DNA of 63,812 nucleotides, counting the filler, from Octopus bimaculoides (lineage: Eukaryota), in the NCBI RefSeq assembly GCF_001194135.2. It is 5 parts of 5 records of this genome, joined end to end, with 100 filler letters (N's around TTAATTAATTAA, not from the genome) between each part and the next. Parts side by side here need not be neighbours in the genome. Positions count along the whole stretch, not along the records: positions 8,236 to 22,918 come from NC_069004.1; 4 more parts are not named here. The stretch is one strand, 5' to 3'. Positions 12,178 through 22,918 of the stretch are shown here, piece after piece. The translations under genes were made by a program, and so were the position numbers. The stretch's first letter is position 1; each line of letters starts with the position of its first letter. The notes under the pieces were generated by a model. That model was not told the DNA's origin. It searched no databases and saw nothing but the letters and a program-made list of their open reading frames with translations.

Positions 12178-12620
12178 CGTACTAGGATTACAGTAACAGA
12201 GGTTAACCCCAGAACATTGAAGTTTGAAGGCCCAAATGCTAGATCGAAGAATATAGTTTATCAATGTAAGGTAACGTCCCAAACAGATGTTAACATATAC
12301 GTGGGTTGTTCTTCGGGACAAATTTGTAAACGAATATCGAATCATTATAATACATTTAGAGATAGAAGTAAAATGGCGAATACTACTCTCAGTAAATTTA
12401 TTTGGGAACTGAAGGAACAAAACAAAAAAAGCAATATTCGTTAGAATGGTCAATTATTGGAAAACATTTCCTTTATGACAAAGGTAAGAAATATTGCTCG
12501 TTGTGTAATCTAGAATTATTTTTTATATTGTTTTCTAGGAGTAAGTTAATAAATAAACTCACATACAATGCTTTCAGATGTAGTCATTTTCTTAGGCATA
12601 CGTTTTTCTGGTTTAAATAA
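12178..12620 (+). mobile_element. Penelope-like element 3' fragment: GIY-YIG endonuclease
   Basis: NIVYQCKVTSQTDVNIYVGCSSGQICKRISNHYNTFRDRSKMANTTLSKFIWELKEQ, a frameshift in the A-run at about 12420-12430, then YSLEWSII...CSLCNLELFFIL...LINK...CSH. This is a typical PLE GIY-YIG C-terminus. Confidence 0.88.
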
Positions 12621-13106
12621 CTTATAAATTTCAGTATGATCGGGTATTATAATATATTATAATGTAATATATTATAATATAATATTAGATTTAAAAGACA
12701 GGATATATTAACTGTATGATTTATTATTACTAATAATCTAATTGTATATTTATTTACTAAAGTTTCTAGAGATAATATAATATAGATTTCCATTAGTTTA
12801 GAACTTATTACCAGTGATCAATAATTTGTATTATTTGATTGTTTATAATTAATAATATTATTAGGGTTTTCTCTCTTAGACGGACTTTTATTTGAGGGGG
12901 AATTTCGAATATAGATCAGCCTCAGAGATTATAAATTTTTTGGGGTGTTTACTTTTTATATTGAGGATGTGTAAGGAAATTTACTTATTTAACTTGAATT
13001 AAGAGTTGAATATAACCTTATATAGAAATGTTTACTTGGGTAATAAACTTTAATATATATGGATTTAGCGTCAGAGCTCTTATTTAAATTTTTGATATAT
13101 ATATAC

Positions 13107-13169
<63 letters not shown>

Positions 13170-13178
<9 letters not shown>

Positions 13179-13415
13179 GTGTGTGTGTTTGTATGTCTTT
13201 GTGTTTGTGTCCACCGCCACCACAGCTCGAGAACTACTGTTGGTCTGTTTACATCCCCGTAACCTAGCGGTTTGGCTAAGGACACCGAACACCGATAAAA
13301 TAAGTACTAGGGTTAAAAAGAAGGTTCTCGGATTGATTCAATCAACTGAAATTCTTCAAGGTGGTGCCCCAGCATGGACGCAGTCTAATGACTGAAACAA
13401 GTAAAAGATAAAAAA
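13170..13415 (+). mobile_element. SINE family A, 3' half
   Basis: CCCGTAACCTAGCGG...AAATAAGTACTAGG...CCAGCATGGACGCAG. Confidence 0.75.
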
Positions 13416-13894
13416 ATAATGACTTCAAAATTTGGTAGAATGCGTACAAATTTAGGAGGGGGCCTAATGTGATTATATCGATTCTAGAACTTGACTGGTA
13501 CCTTATTTTATCGATTTTAAAGGGTGAAAGGCAAAAGTTGATCCTGGCGACATTTGAACTGTCGCTTAGCTGTTTGTCTGACACGCTAACAACTCTGCCA
13601 GCTTCGCCATTGTCATTACAAAATCTACGTTAGACGAAAGGCTGACAGATGTAAGGGAAATAATACTGACTGATTTGTAACGAAAATCAAAAGAGGGAAA
13701 AAAGAAGTGAGTAATCTCCCTTGAAAATTGCATTTGTTCAAATGAAACGCTGAAGATGTATTCAACATAATATATACAGGCAGGGGATTTGCAGAATCGT
13801 TAAAGAGCTTGACAAAATGCTTGTGCTATTTAGCTAAATTTTTTTACGTTCCTTTCCATGGTCAGTCTAAGTTATGCATGGCATTATAATATAA

Positions 13895-14134
13895 GACTAA
13901 GACTACCTAGAGACACCCTCATTGGTTTATATAACAGCTAAGTGCTGAGTTCATTAAAAATTCCTATAAAGCATCCTAGCCGTGAAAGGAATTATAACAG
14001 AATACTATGACTACCTAGTGGTTCACTCATTTGTTCATATACGTAACAGTTAAGTACTCAGTCCATTTAATATTCCTACAGAGCATTCTAGTTGATTAGA
14101 GGAGGCCCTTTTACAGGGCCTCCTCTAATCAACT
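13895..14134. repeat. Two diverged tandem units of about 120 bp ending in a perfect 20-bp hairpin
   Basis: GACTACCTAG...CTCATT.GTT.ATAT...AACAG.TAAGT.CT.AG...ATTCCTA.A.AGCAT.CTAG occurs twice; AGTTGATTAGAGGAGGCCCT (14090-14109), TTTAC, AGGGCCTCCTCTAATCAACT (14115-14134). Confidence 0.8.
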
Positions 14135-14218
14135 TGTAATAAATTTACATTAGAAGAGAAGTTCCTTCTCTACCCTGACGTTTCGTTCTCAGAAGGAGCT
14201 TTAAAAACGTCAACGAGA

Positions 14219-14590
14219 GCAGGAGTGGCTGTGTGGTAAGACGTTTGCTTCCTAACTACATGGTTCCGGGTTCAGTCCCACTGCGTGGCACATTGGGCAA
14301 ATATTTTCTACTACATCCCCGAAATGAGCAAATCTTTGTGAGTGGATTTGGTAGACGGTGTGTCTGTATTTGTCCCCCACCACTGCCTCTAAACTGGTGT
14401 TGATGTGTTTTTACCTGCCCGTAATTTAAGGGTTCGGAAAACGATACTAATAAAATAAGTACCAAATTTTAAAAAATGGGAGAGTCGATTCGCTCGAACT
14501 CCCCCTCCCCCTTTGTTTTTATTTGAAACATCTTCAAGGTGCTGCCCCGTCATGGTCGCAATCTAATGACTGATACAAATATTAAAAAGG
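14219..14590 (+). mobile_element. SINE family A, diverged, with head and tail
   Basis: GCAGGAGTGGCTGTGTGGTAAG...GGGTTCAGTCCCACTGCGTGG...ATGGTCGCAATCTAATGACTG. Confidence 0.85.
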
Positions 14591-14984
14591 AGGTTTTGAC
14601 CGAAGAGGAAAGTGTGATTTCAGTCCTTTCATTAACGTCCAGCATAGAACCGTTTTAGCTAGAGTAAATATACGAAACTGCTTGCCGTTCCCAGAACAGA
14701 AACGCGGCGGAACGGTCTTCACGATAAACTCAGCCCCATTAACGGATCCATCCGGTAGTTATTCAGTCGACCCCGAAAAGATGAAATGTAACGTCGATTT
14801 TGGCGGAACTGGAATCCAGGAGACAAAGAGCTGGAAGAAATGTCACAAAGCACTTTGTCCGTCGCGCTAACTATTCGCCAGTGATTAATACGAGGTGGGG
14901 GGAATATTTATAATAACAATGAATAAAAGGCAATGACTTGGAATGTTGTTTGCGAAAAGGTAACCTGAAACCGGGTGCTGGGGT

Positions 14985-15303
14985 AGGATCATAGCCATGT
15001 GTTGAGAAGAATTCTATGAGGTTTAAATGTTTCAACACTGAAAACATGGATGTTTTGTTCCTCATCCTTAAAGAACCCTTATTCAGGGACCTTTTGTGCG
15101 GGATGGGCTACCGGACCTGAAGAAAATTCTAACTGGGCCCCACCTGTAATGTCATACGCTGTTTATCTTGATATAAGATTACCATTTCATGCACATATGG
15201 TTGTAATGCAAGTATTTGGTGTACTCTTGTCTGACAGGTAGTCATGATGGGTATATTTTGCACCCCAGTGTTACATTAACGGCATGCATTGCTCACTTTC
15301 TCA
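14985..15303 (+). mobile_element. Non-autonomous repeat, family E, ending in (AAT)n
   Basis: CATCATAGCCATGTGTTGAG...CCCTTATTCAGGGACCTTTTG...GGTAGTCATGATGGGTAT; matches 16545-16960 and 20770-21380. Confidence 0.8.
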
Positions 15304-15363
<60 letters not shown>

Positions 15364-15366
<3 letters not shown>

Positions 15367-15616
15367 CCCGTGCTAAAATTGCTGCCTTAGATATTATGAC
15401 TGAAAAATGGCATGGAAAACCTCTCAATGGCAAATACCCAAAGAGAGTGAATAATGCAGATATTGACAAAGCCCTTACCCATCAATGGCTAATGGCCTCT
15501 GGCTTGAAATCAGAAACAGAGGGGTTTATCATAGCAGCCCAAGATCAATGCCTACCTACAAAGAACTACCAGGCCAACATATTAAAGAATGGCAGCTCCC
15601 CATTATGTCGTATATG
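15364..15616 (+). mobile_element. R4/Dong-clade non-LTR retrotransposon fragment (region before the zinc knuckle)
   Basis: KWHGKPLNGKY...THQWLMASGLKSETEGFIIAAQDQCLPTKNYQANILKNGSSPLCRI; the ETEG.IIAAQDQ.L.T.NY...CR motif is characteristic of RLE LINEs of the R4 clade. Confidence 0.88.
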
Positions 15617-16409
15617 NNNNNNNNNNNNNNNNNNNNNNNNNNNNNNNNNNNNNNNNNNNNNNNNNNNNNNNNNNNNNNNNNNNNNNNNNNNNNNNNNNNN
15701 NNNNNNNNNNNNNNNNNNNNNNNNNNNNNNNNNNNNNNNNNNNNNNNNNNNNNNNNNNNNNNNNNNNNNNNNNNNNNNNNNNNNNNNNNNNNNNNNNNNN
15801 NNNNNNNNNNNNNNNNNNNNNNNNNNNNNNNNNNNNNNNNNNNNNNNNNNNNNNNNNNNNNNNNNNNNNNNNNNNNNNNNNNNNNNNNNNNNNNNNNNNN
15901 NNNNNNNNNNNNNNNNNNNNNNNNNNNNNNNNNNNNNNNNNNNNNNNNNNNNNNNNNNNNNNNNNNNNNNNNNNNNNNNNNNNNNNNNNNNNNNNNNNNN
16001 NNNNNNNNNNNNNNNNNNNNNNNNNNNNNNNNNNNNNNNNNNNNNNNNNNNNNNNNNNNNNNNNNNNNNNNNNNNNNNNNNNNNNNNNNNNNNNNNNNNN
16101 NNNNNNNNNNNNNNNNNNNNNNNNNNNNNNNNNNNNNNNNNNNNNNNNNNNNNNNNNNNNNNNNNNNNNNNNNNNNNNNNNNNNNNNNNNNNNNNNNNNN
16201 NNNNNNNNNNNNNNNNNNNNNNNNNNNNNNNNNNNNNNNNNNNNNNNNNNNNNNNNNNNNNNNNNNNNNNNNNNNNNNNNNNNNNNNNNNNNNNNNNNNN
16301 NNNNNNNNNNNNNNNNNNNNNNNNNNNNNNNNNNNNNNNNNNNNNNNNNNNNNNNNNNNNNNNNNNNNNNNNNNNNNNNNNNNNNNNNNNNNNNNNNNNN
16401 NNNNNNNNN

Positions 16410-16504
<95 letters not shown>

Positions 16505-16544
16505 TAATAATAATAATGATGATGATGATAATAAAATCTCTGAT

Positions 16545-16960
16545 ACAATACCAGGCAGTGGCTCTCATGGCTTCTGATTTTAATTAATTGGAAGTATTAT
16601 CATGTACATTGTTTTATCTTAGTATAAAAGATGGGCAACAACAAATATTCTGTTCAATACCACAGATTTACTTGTCAGTTGCTTGACCTTAACCTGTGGA
16701 GCATGTCCCTTAGTAGCTGACGATATGTGCATCCCCGGTCACGCGCAGAAGTAGTGGGGCAGCATCATAGCCATGTGTTGAGAGGAATTCTTTGGAGTTT
16801 GAATATTTCACCTCTGGAAACATGGGTGTTTTGTTCAACATCCTTAAACAACCCTTATTCAGGGACCTTTTGAGCGGGATGGGCTACTCAGCCTGATGAA
16901 AATTGTAACTGGGCCCCACCTGCAAGGTCATGCGCTGTTTATCTTGATATGAGGGCATCA
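16545..16960 (+). mobile_element. Family E non-autonomous repeat (5' part), preceded by (AAT)n
   Basis: Nearly identical to 20830-21240. Confidence 0.85.
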
Positions 16961-18325
16961 ATGTTGTGATTGAGGAATTAAAACAGAGTTTGAAAGCTAA
17001 AATACTTAAACTAAAGAGATATGAAGAGATTTGAGCAGTACGGATTAAACAGATTTTTCGAACAAAATCAGAAACGAGTCTATGAGGAAACGGATGGCAA
17101 AGAAAAAGGTGAAAAGGCTGTGCCGGATGCTGAAGAAAGCAAAATATTCTGGTCAAACATAAGGTCACAAGAGAAACAACACAAAACTGAAGCAGAGTGG
17201 GCTGTTGTTGTAGTGTACCCATCCTGAAATGGATGCAAGCGGAAATCGATCGCACTATGCGAAAGACAATGGCAATGCATGGTGTCCTCCACCCTAAGGC
17301 AAATGTACACTGGCTCTACATGAAGAGAGGTAAAGGTGGACGTGGGCTGATTGGCGCACAGGAGTTCATCAACATTGAAAGAAAAAACATAGCAGAATAT
17401 TTGGTAAACAGCAAACAAGACCTGCTACAGTATGCTGCTAATGCAGAAGGATTTACCAAAAATGGACTTGAGAGTGCTCATGAATTCCGATCAAGAACAG
17501 CTAACGAGAGAGAAGAAATCCTACTCCGCATGGAATTACATGGTCAGTTCCACTGTGAAACCAAGAAATTAAAAGACCAGGAAGCATCATGGAGGTGTTT
17601 CAACGAGGGTGACCTAATCATCGCTGCCCAGGACCATGCATTGAGTACCAACTCAGTCAAAAAGAATGTATACCACACAAGCGCAACGAACTTCCACAGA
17701 ATGTGTGGGAAGAGGGATGAAAGTGAACTCATTGTTGGTGCTTGTGAAAGTCTTGCACAGAAAGAGTACAAGCTTATACACAACAACGTAGCCCAAGATC
17801 TCCACTGGCCGTAAGTATGGATATAAGATTACGGGTGCTTTGTACCAACATACACCGGAAAATGTAATGGACGAAATGGGGATTTCCAGACAAACAAGGT
17901 GTTAGAGCACCGAAGGCCGAATATAGTAACCCTTAGGATGGACTAACAAGAGTGTCTAACAATCGACGTAGCAGTGCCAGGTGATCAACATGTTGTCATG
18001 AAAGAAAGAGAAAAATTTGATATATATGGAGACCTGAGAATTGGGGTCGCTAATATGTGGCAGCTACGAGAGTCGAACATAAAGGTTATCTCTACTGTCA
18101 TCGGAGTATTGGGTTCAATACCACCCAATCTGGAAAAAAAAAGCATTTGAAAACCTTAGAAATATCCTACAATCTAGATGTATTGCAAAAGTCGGCATTA
18201 CTTGAAACTGCACGCATATTGCTTAAAGTACTGTCTGTCTGAGATCCTTGTTATGACTTGACAAACAGTTAAATCCCCCGATGGACACAATATCTTCAAT
18301 CAACAACCTAACGATATTGTATATT
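16960..18325 (+). mobile_element. R4/Dong-clade LINE, internally deleted (pre-RT region fused to thumb, CCHC and RLE)
   Basis: NRFFEQNQKRVY...SKIFWSNI..EAEW joined to AVVVVYP..LYMKRGKGGRGLIG...LIIAAQDHALSTN..RMCGK..ELIVGACESLAQKEY..HNNVAQDLHW...RPNIV..CLTIDVAVPGD...LQKSALLETARILLKVLSV*; 3' UTR then (AAT)n. Confidence 0.88.
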
Positions 18326-18330
18326 GTGCG

Positions 18331-18382
<52 letters not shown>

Positions 18383-18424
18383 TAATAATAATAATGATAA
18401 TAATAATAATAATCATAATAATAA

Positions 18425-18954
18425 ACTAGATATTGTTGTGAAAGGCAAAAGCAATAAAGTCTGTTTACTGATTGACATGAGTATACCCTGTGATCATAAT
18501 ATCTCGGCAAAAGAATTTGATAAGCTCAGAAAATATAAGGATTCACTAATCGAAATCGAAAAGATGTGGCATCTCAAGATGGTTACAATACCAGTGATTG
18601 TAGGAATGGCCAAATAAAGGAACTAAAATATATTTAAGAATGATCTCTGGCTTACCATCAATGCAAGAAGTGCAAAAGATTGTCTTAACTGCTAAGTCAC
18701 ACGTATTGAGGAGACCACTGTCGGTGTGAATTTTCTTTCTTTCTCCCCCCTTATTTGTTTACTTTCCTGTTCTGTATTTTTTCCTTTTTCCCTCTGTCTT
18801 CCCCATTTCCTCCATCACATGATTCTGTAAATGAACAATCTGGTATGCTTGTTTTAATGACCTGCCAATGCATACAGTACGTTTCTCTGCCCTAGGTGTC
18901 AGGAAAACACTCGGCAAGAAATGGAAACAAAACTTGAGAGAAAATGCAAATGAA

Positions 18955-18955
<1 letters not shown>
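18425..18955 (+). mobile_element. R4/Dong-clade LINE 3' end (RLE plus 3' UTR) between (AAT)n tracts
   Basis: LDIVVKGKSNKVCLLIDMSIPCDHNISAKEFDKLRKYKDSLIEIEKMWHLKMVTIPVIVG (PD..D..KxxKY RLE motif). Confidence 0.88.
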
Positions 18956-19006
<51 letters not shown>

Positions 19007-19109
19007 TTAATCCTTTGTAGTAAAGGCAAAACGCCTACNNNNNNNNNNTCGGTGGAATTTGAACTCAGAACGTAAGGACGGACGAAACGCCGTTAAGCAT
19101 TTTTCCCAG

Positions 19110-19430
19110 CATACAAAGAATGACCATTGGCTTACCATCAATGCAGAAAGTGCAAGAGATTCTCTTAACTGGCACATCACTCCTACTGAGAGGAGCATTG
19201 TCGCTGTGTATTTTCCTTCCCTTTTCCCCTTTATTTTTTGTTTACTTTTTTATTTTTATTGTTCCTTTTTCTCTGTCTTTCTTCCTCTTTTTCTCTATCA
19301 CATTACTTTGTAAATGAACAATCTGGTGTGTTTATGTTAATGGCCTACCAATGTACACAGTGCGTTTCTCTGTCCAAGATGTCAAGAAGACGCAGCAAAA
19401 AATGGAAACAAAATTGAAAGATGATAATAA
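19110..19430 (+). mobile_element. Second copy of the same R4/Dong 3' end
   Basis: GGCTTACCATCAATGCAG...AATGAACAATCTGGT is similar to 18650-18850; ends in an (AAT/AAC)n tract. Confidence 0.8.
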
Positions 19431-19464
19431 TAACAACAACAACAATAATAATAATAATGAGAAT

Positions 19465-20200
19465 ATTTATAATAATGGGTGAGAAACTCAGGACTCAAAG
19501 CAGAGACTGGAGAATTTTTCATTGCAGCACCGTGAAGCCTTCCCACCAGAAATTAATAAAAGCATGTAATGAAAAGAAATACAAGTGACTCCAGAATATG
19601 CGGAGATGGAGAAGAAACAATAAATCCAATTATCTCTGGCTGCCCAGTCTTGACTAAGAAGGAATATATTCACAGACAGAGTTGGGACCTACATACACTG
19701 GAAGCTATGCCAACACTTTGGGATAACAACAGAAAAAAGATGGTATAAGCATACGCCAGAAAAGGTCACAAAAAATGAGAAAGCAACCATACTCTGGAAT
19801 ATGTCAATACACACATATAAATTAAGGTCAATAGGCCGGATATAGTTGTCAGAAATCTCCAAGAAAAAATGCTTTCTAATCGATGTATCAATACCAACAG
19901 ATGCCAATGTTTCTCTAAAAAAAAAGAAAACGGAAAAACTTTCAAAATATAAACATCTCGAAACAGAGGTAACTCGAATGTGGAGTCTAAAATCAGAAAT
20001 AATTCCTGTCATAGTAGATGCATTAGATATGGTAACAAAATATTGACACAAATGCATCACAAAAACACCAGGACTAACAAGTTTGTCTCTTTGGGACAGC
20101 AAGGATTATGAGGAAGGTTCTAAGCACTTGAGAAATTGTTGAAAACTTGTGGATACCTAAGGTTACCCACATAATTCTTACCAGGAATAAGAACGAACCT
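19465..20200 (+). mobile_element. R4/Dong-clade LINE fragment (CCHC zinc knuckle plus RLE)
   Basis: RICGDGEETINPIISGCPVLTKKEYIHR...HWKLCQHFG...ILWNM...RPDIVV..KCFLIDVSIPTDANVS..KLSKYKHLETEVTRMW (frameshifted). Confidence 0.88.
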
Positions 20201-20314
20201 GAGCCATACAAAAAAAAAAAAATAATAATAATAAAAATATAATAATAATAAAGATAATAAAAGTAATAATAATAATAATAATGACGCCAAAAATAATAAT
20301 TGCAATGATAAAGC

Positions 20315-20765
20315 ACTGTACAAGCACTTGAGAATGAATGAAACTGAAAATAGGTGGATAAAGAAAAGAATGGATGGACATAGAAAAAGATGGCTACGGA
20401 TGACTAAAAGTGATTTAAAACCGAAAGCGGAGGCTTTAGTCTGTGCTGCCTAAGTGCAAGCATTAAGAACCAATTACATCAAATACAGAATTGTCAACAC
20501 ATCAGAAAGTGATAAGTGCAGAATTTGTGGTAAAAACGTATGGTATATTATGAGTCAATGTATGCTATTAGCCTAGAAAGTAAAAAGGAGACATCATGAC
20601 AATATAGCAAGGATTGTTCATTGGACACTTTGCAATAAATATGGACTAGACAGAGCAAAAACGTGGTACGAACATAACCCTAAGGCATAATCGAAAATGA
20701 TAATGCAATGATCCAATGGGATTTTATGATTCAGTGCGACCATGAAATAGAGAATATGAAATAGA
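20315..20765 (+). mobile_element. R4/Dong-clade LINE fragment (zinc-knuckle region, different subfamily)
   Basis: LKPKAEALVCAA.VQALRTNYIKYRI..SESDKCRICGK...HDNIARIVHWTLCNKYGL..KTWYEH...WDFMIQCDHEIE. Confidence 0.82.
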
Positions 20766-20769
20766 GATT

Positions 20770-21378
20770 TGAAAGCGTTATCATGTACATTGTTTGTCTT
20801 GGTATAAAAGATGGGCTACAGCAAATGCCCGGATGCAGTACCAGGCAGTGGCTCCCATGGCTTCTTATCTTAATTGATTGGAAGTATTATCATGTACATT
20901 GTTTGTCTTGGTATAAAAGATGGGCTACAGCAAATATTCTGCTTAATACCACAGGTTTGCTTGTCAGTTGCTTGACCTTAACCTGTGGAGCGTGTCCCTT
21001 AGTGGCTGACGATATGTGCATCCCCGGTCACGCGCAGAAGTAGTGGGGAAGCATCATAGTCATATGTTGAGAGAAATTATTTGGGGTTTGAGTAATTCAC
21101 CTCTGGAAACATGGGTGTTTTGTTCAACATCCTTAAACAACCCTTATTCAGGGACCTTTTGAACGGGATGGGCTACTCCGCTTGACGAAATTTGTAACTG
21201 AGCCCCACCTGCAAGGTCATGCGCTGTTTATCCTGATATGGGTCACCATGTCGTACACCTATGGTTGTGATGCATGTACCTGGTGTACCCTTATCAGACA
21301 GGTAGTCATGATGGGTATTCTGGGCTTCATATATTTTACCCCAGTGTCACTTTGATGGCATGCACTGCTCTCTCACTC

Positions 21379-21380
<2 letters not shown>
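20770..21380 (+). mobile_element. Family E non-autonomous repeat (most complete copy), ending in (AAT)n
   Basis: Spans both the 16545 and 14985 copies; the 5' segment TATCATGTACATTGTTTGTCTTGGTATAAAAGATGGGCTACAGCAAAT is duplicated at about 20779 and 20887. Confidence 0.85.
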
Positions 21381-21430
<50 letters not shown>

Positions 21431-21610
21431 GCAGCAGTGGTAATAGTGGTGGTGGCGGTGGTTATGTTATTGGTGTTGCTGCTGCTGATGATGATGAGGA
21501 TGTTGATTATAATGAGGTTGATGACGATGTTAGTGATGATGATAATGATTATGATGATACTGACGATGATGATGATGGATAAAATCTCTCAATATAAAAG
21601 ATATATTTAC

Positions 21611-22918
21611 CTTCCAAGGGCAGAGTTCGGTATTGATGAGTCAAAGGTAATTTATCAACCAATAATACTGTCTTTATCTCGTGTTGTTCTATGGGTAGTG
21701 TAAATTGGATATTGCGTTGTCCGCCATCTTGGGTACTGGGTGGTGTACCAAGGTCTGTATCGTGTTGTCCGCCATCTTGGATACTGGGTGGTGTACCAAG
21801 GTCTGTATTGTGTTGTCCACCATCTGGGGTACTGGGTGGTGTACCAAGGTCTGTATTGTGTTGTCCGCCATCTTGGATAATGGGTGGTGTACCAAGGTCT
21901 GTATTGTGTTGTCCGCCATCTTGGGTACTGGGTGGTGTACCAAGGTCTGTATTGTGTTGTCCACCATCTTGGGTACTGGGTGGTGTACCAAGGTCTGTAT
22001 TNNNNNNNNNNNNNNNNNNNNNNNNNNNNNNNNNNNNNNNNNNNNNNNNNNNNNNNNNNNNNNNNNNNNNNNNNNNNNNNNNNNNNNNNNNNNNNNNNNN
22101 NNNNNNNNNNNNNNNNNNNNNNNNNNNGTCCGCCATCTTGGGTACTGGGTGGTGTACCAAGGTCTGTATTGTGTTGTCCACCATCTTGGGTACTGAGTGG
22201 TGTACCAAGGTCTGTATTGTGTTGTCCACCATCTTGGGTACTGAGTGGTGTACCAAGGTCTGTATTGTGTTGTCCACCATCTTGGGTACTGGGTGGTGTA
22301 CCAAGGTCTGTATTGTGTTGTCCACCGTCTGGGGTACTGGGTGGTGTACCATGGATTGTAGCAAGGTGTTGTCCACCAACTCGGGTACTGGGTAGTGTAC
22401 CACGGCCTGTATCTATCTGTCGTCCATCTTGGATAGCTGGTAGTATACCACGGCCTGTATTTATTTGTCCTCCATCTTGGGTAGCTGGTAGTATACCACG
22501 GCCTGTATCTATCTGTCCTCCATCTTGGATAGCTGGTAGTATACCACGGCCTGTATTTATTTGTCCTCCATCTCGGGTAACTAGTAGTGTACCACGGCCA
22601 GTAGTTTGTTGTACCCCATCTTGGGTAGTTAGTAGTGTACCACGGGTTGCATAGATTTGTCCACCATTGAGGCTTATTTGTGGTGTACCACGGCCAGTTG
22701 GGTGTTGTACCCCATCTTGGGTAGTTGGTAGTGTACCAAGGCCAGTAATTAGTTGTACCCCATCTTGGGTAATTAGTGGTGTACCTCGGCCAGTAATTAG
22801 TTGTACCCCATCTTGGGTAATTAGTGGTGTACCTCGGCCAGTAATTAGTTGTACCCCATCTTGGGTAGTTGGTGGTGTACCTCGGCCAGTAATTAGGCGT
22901 ACCCCAGTTTGGTGCAGG
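21611..22918 (-). CDS. Probable large internal exon of an unidentified gene: about 25 copies of a 16-aa repeat (GTPPSTQDGGQHNTDL / GILPATQDGGQINTGR / GTPLITQDGVQLITGR) plus a short unique tail
   Basis: One - strand frame has no stop on either side of the internal N gap (22002-22127). There are no indels between diverged units. The Gly after QD uses all four GGN codons. The unique tail NIQFTLPIEQHEIKTVLLVDKLPLTHQYRTLPLE ends at GAAG|GTAAAT (phase 1). The 5' end is lost at the assembly spacer. Confidence 0.6.
21705..22918. repeat. 48-bp tandem array with three sequence zones
   Basis: Unit GTATTGTGTTGTCCGCCATCTTGGGTACTGGGTGGTGTACCAAGGTCT and variants; the 48-bp period is constant. Confidence 0.95.

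Noticed and set aside
12013-12180. Poly-Asn / MYVC N-terminus of ORF 12013-12444, and similar poly-N, poly-I and poly-T ORFs
   Set aside because: These are translations of (TATG)n, (AAT)n and (GTT)n microsatellites; only the GIY-YIG part is real coding sequence.
21705-22918. 48-bp array as a CRISPR array
   Set aside because: The units are contiguous with no unique spacers, the context is eukaryotic, and there are no cas genes.
21705-22918. 16-aa repeat as a bacterial ice-nucleation protein (also 16-aa/48-bp periodic)
   Set aside because: Only the period is shared; the AGYGSTxTA consensus is absent and the exon has a spliceosomal donor.
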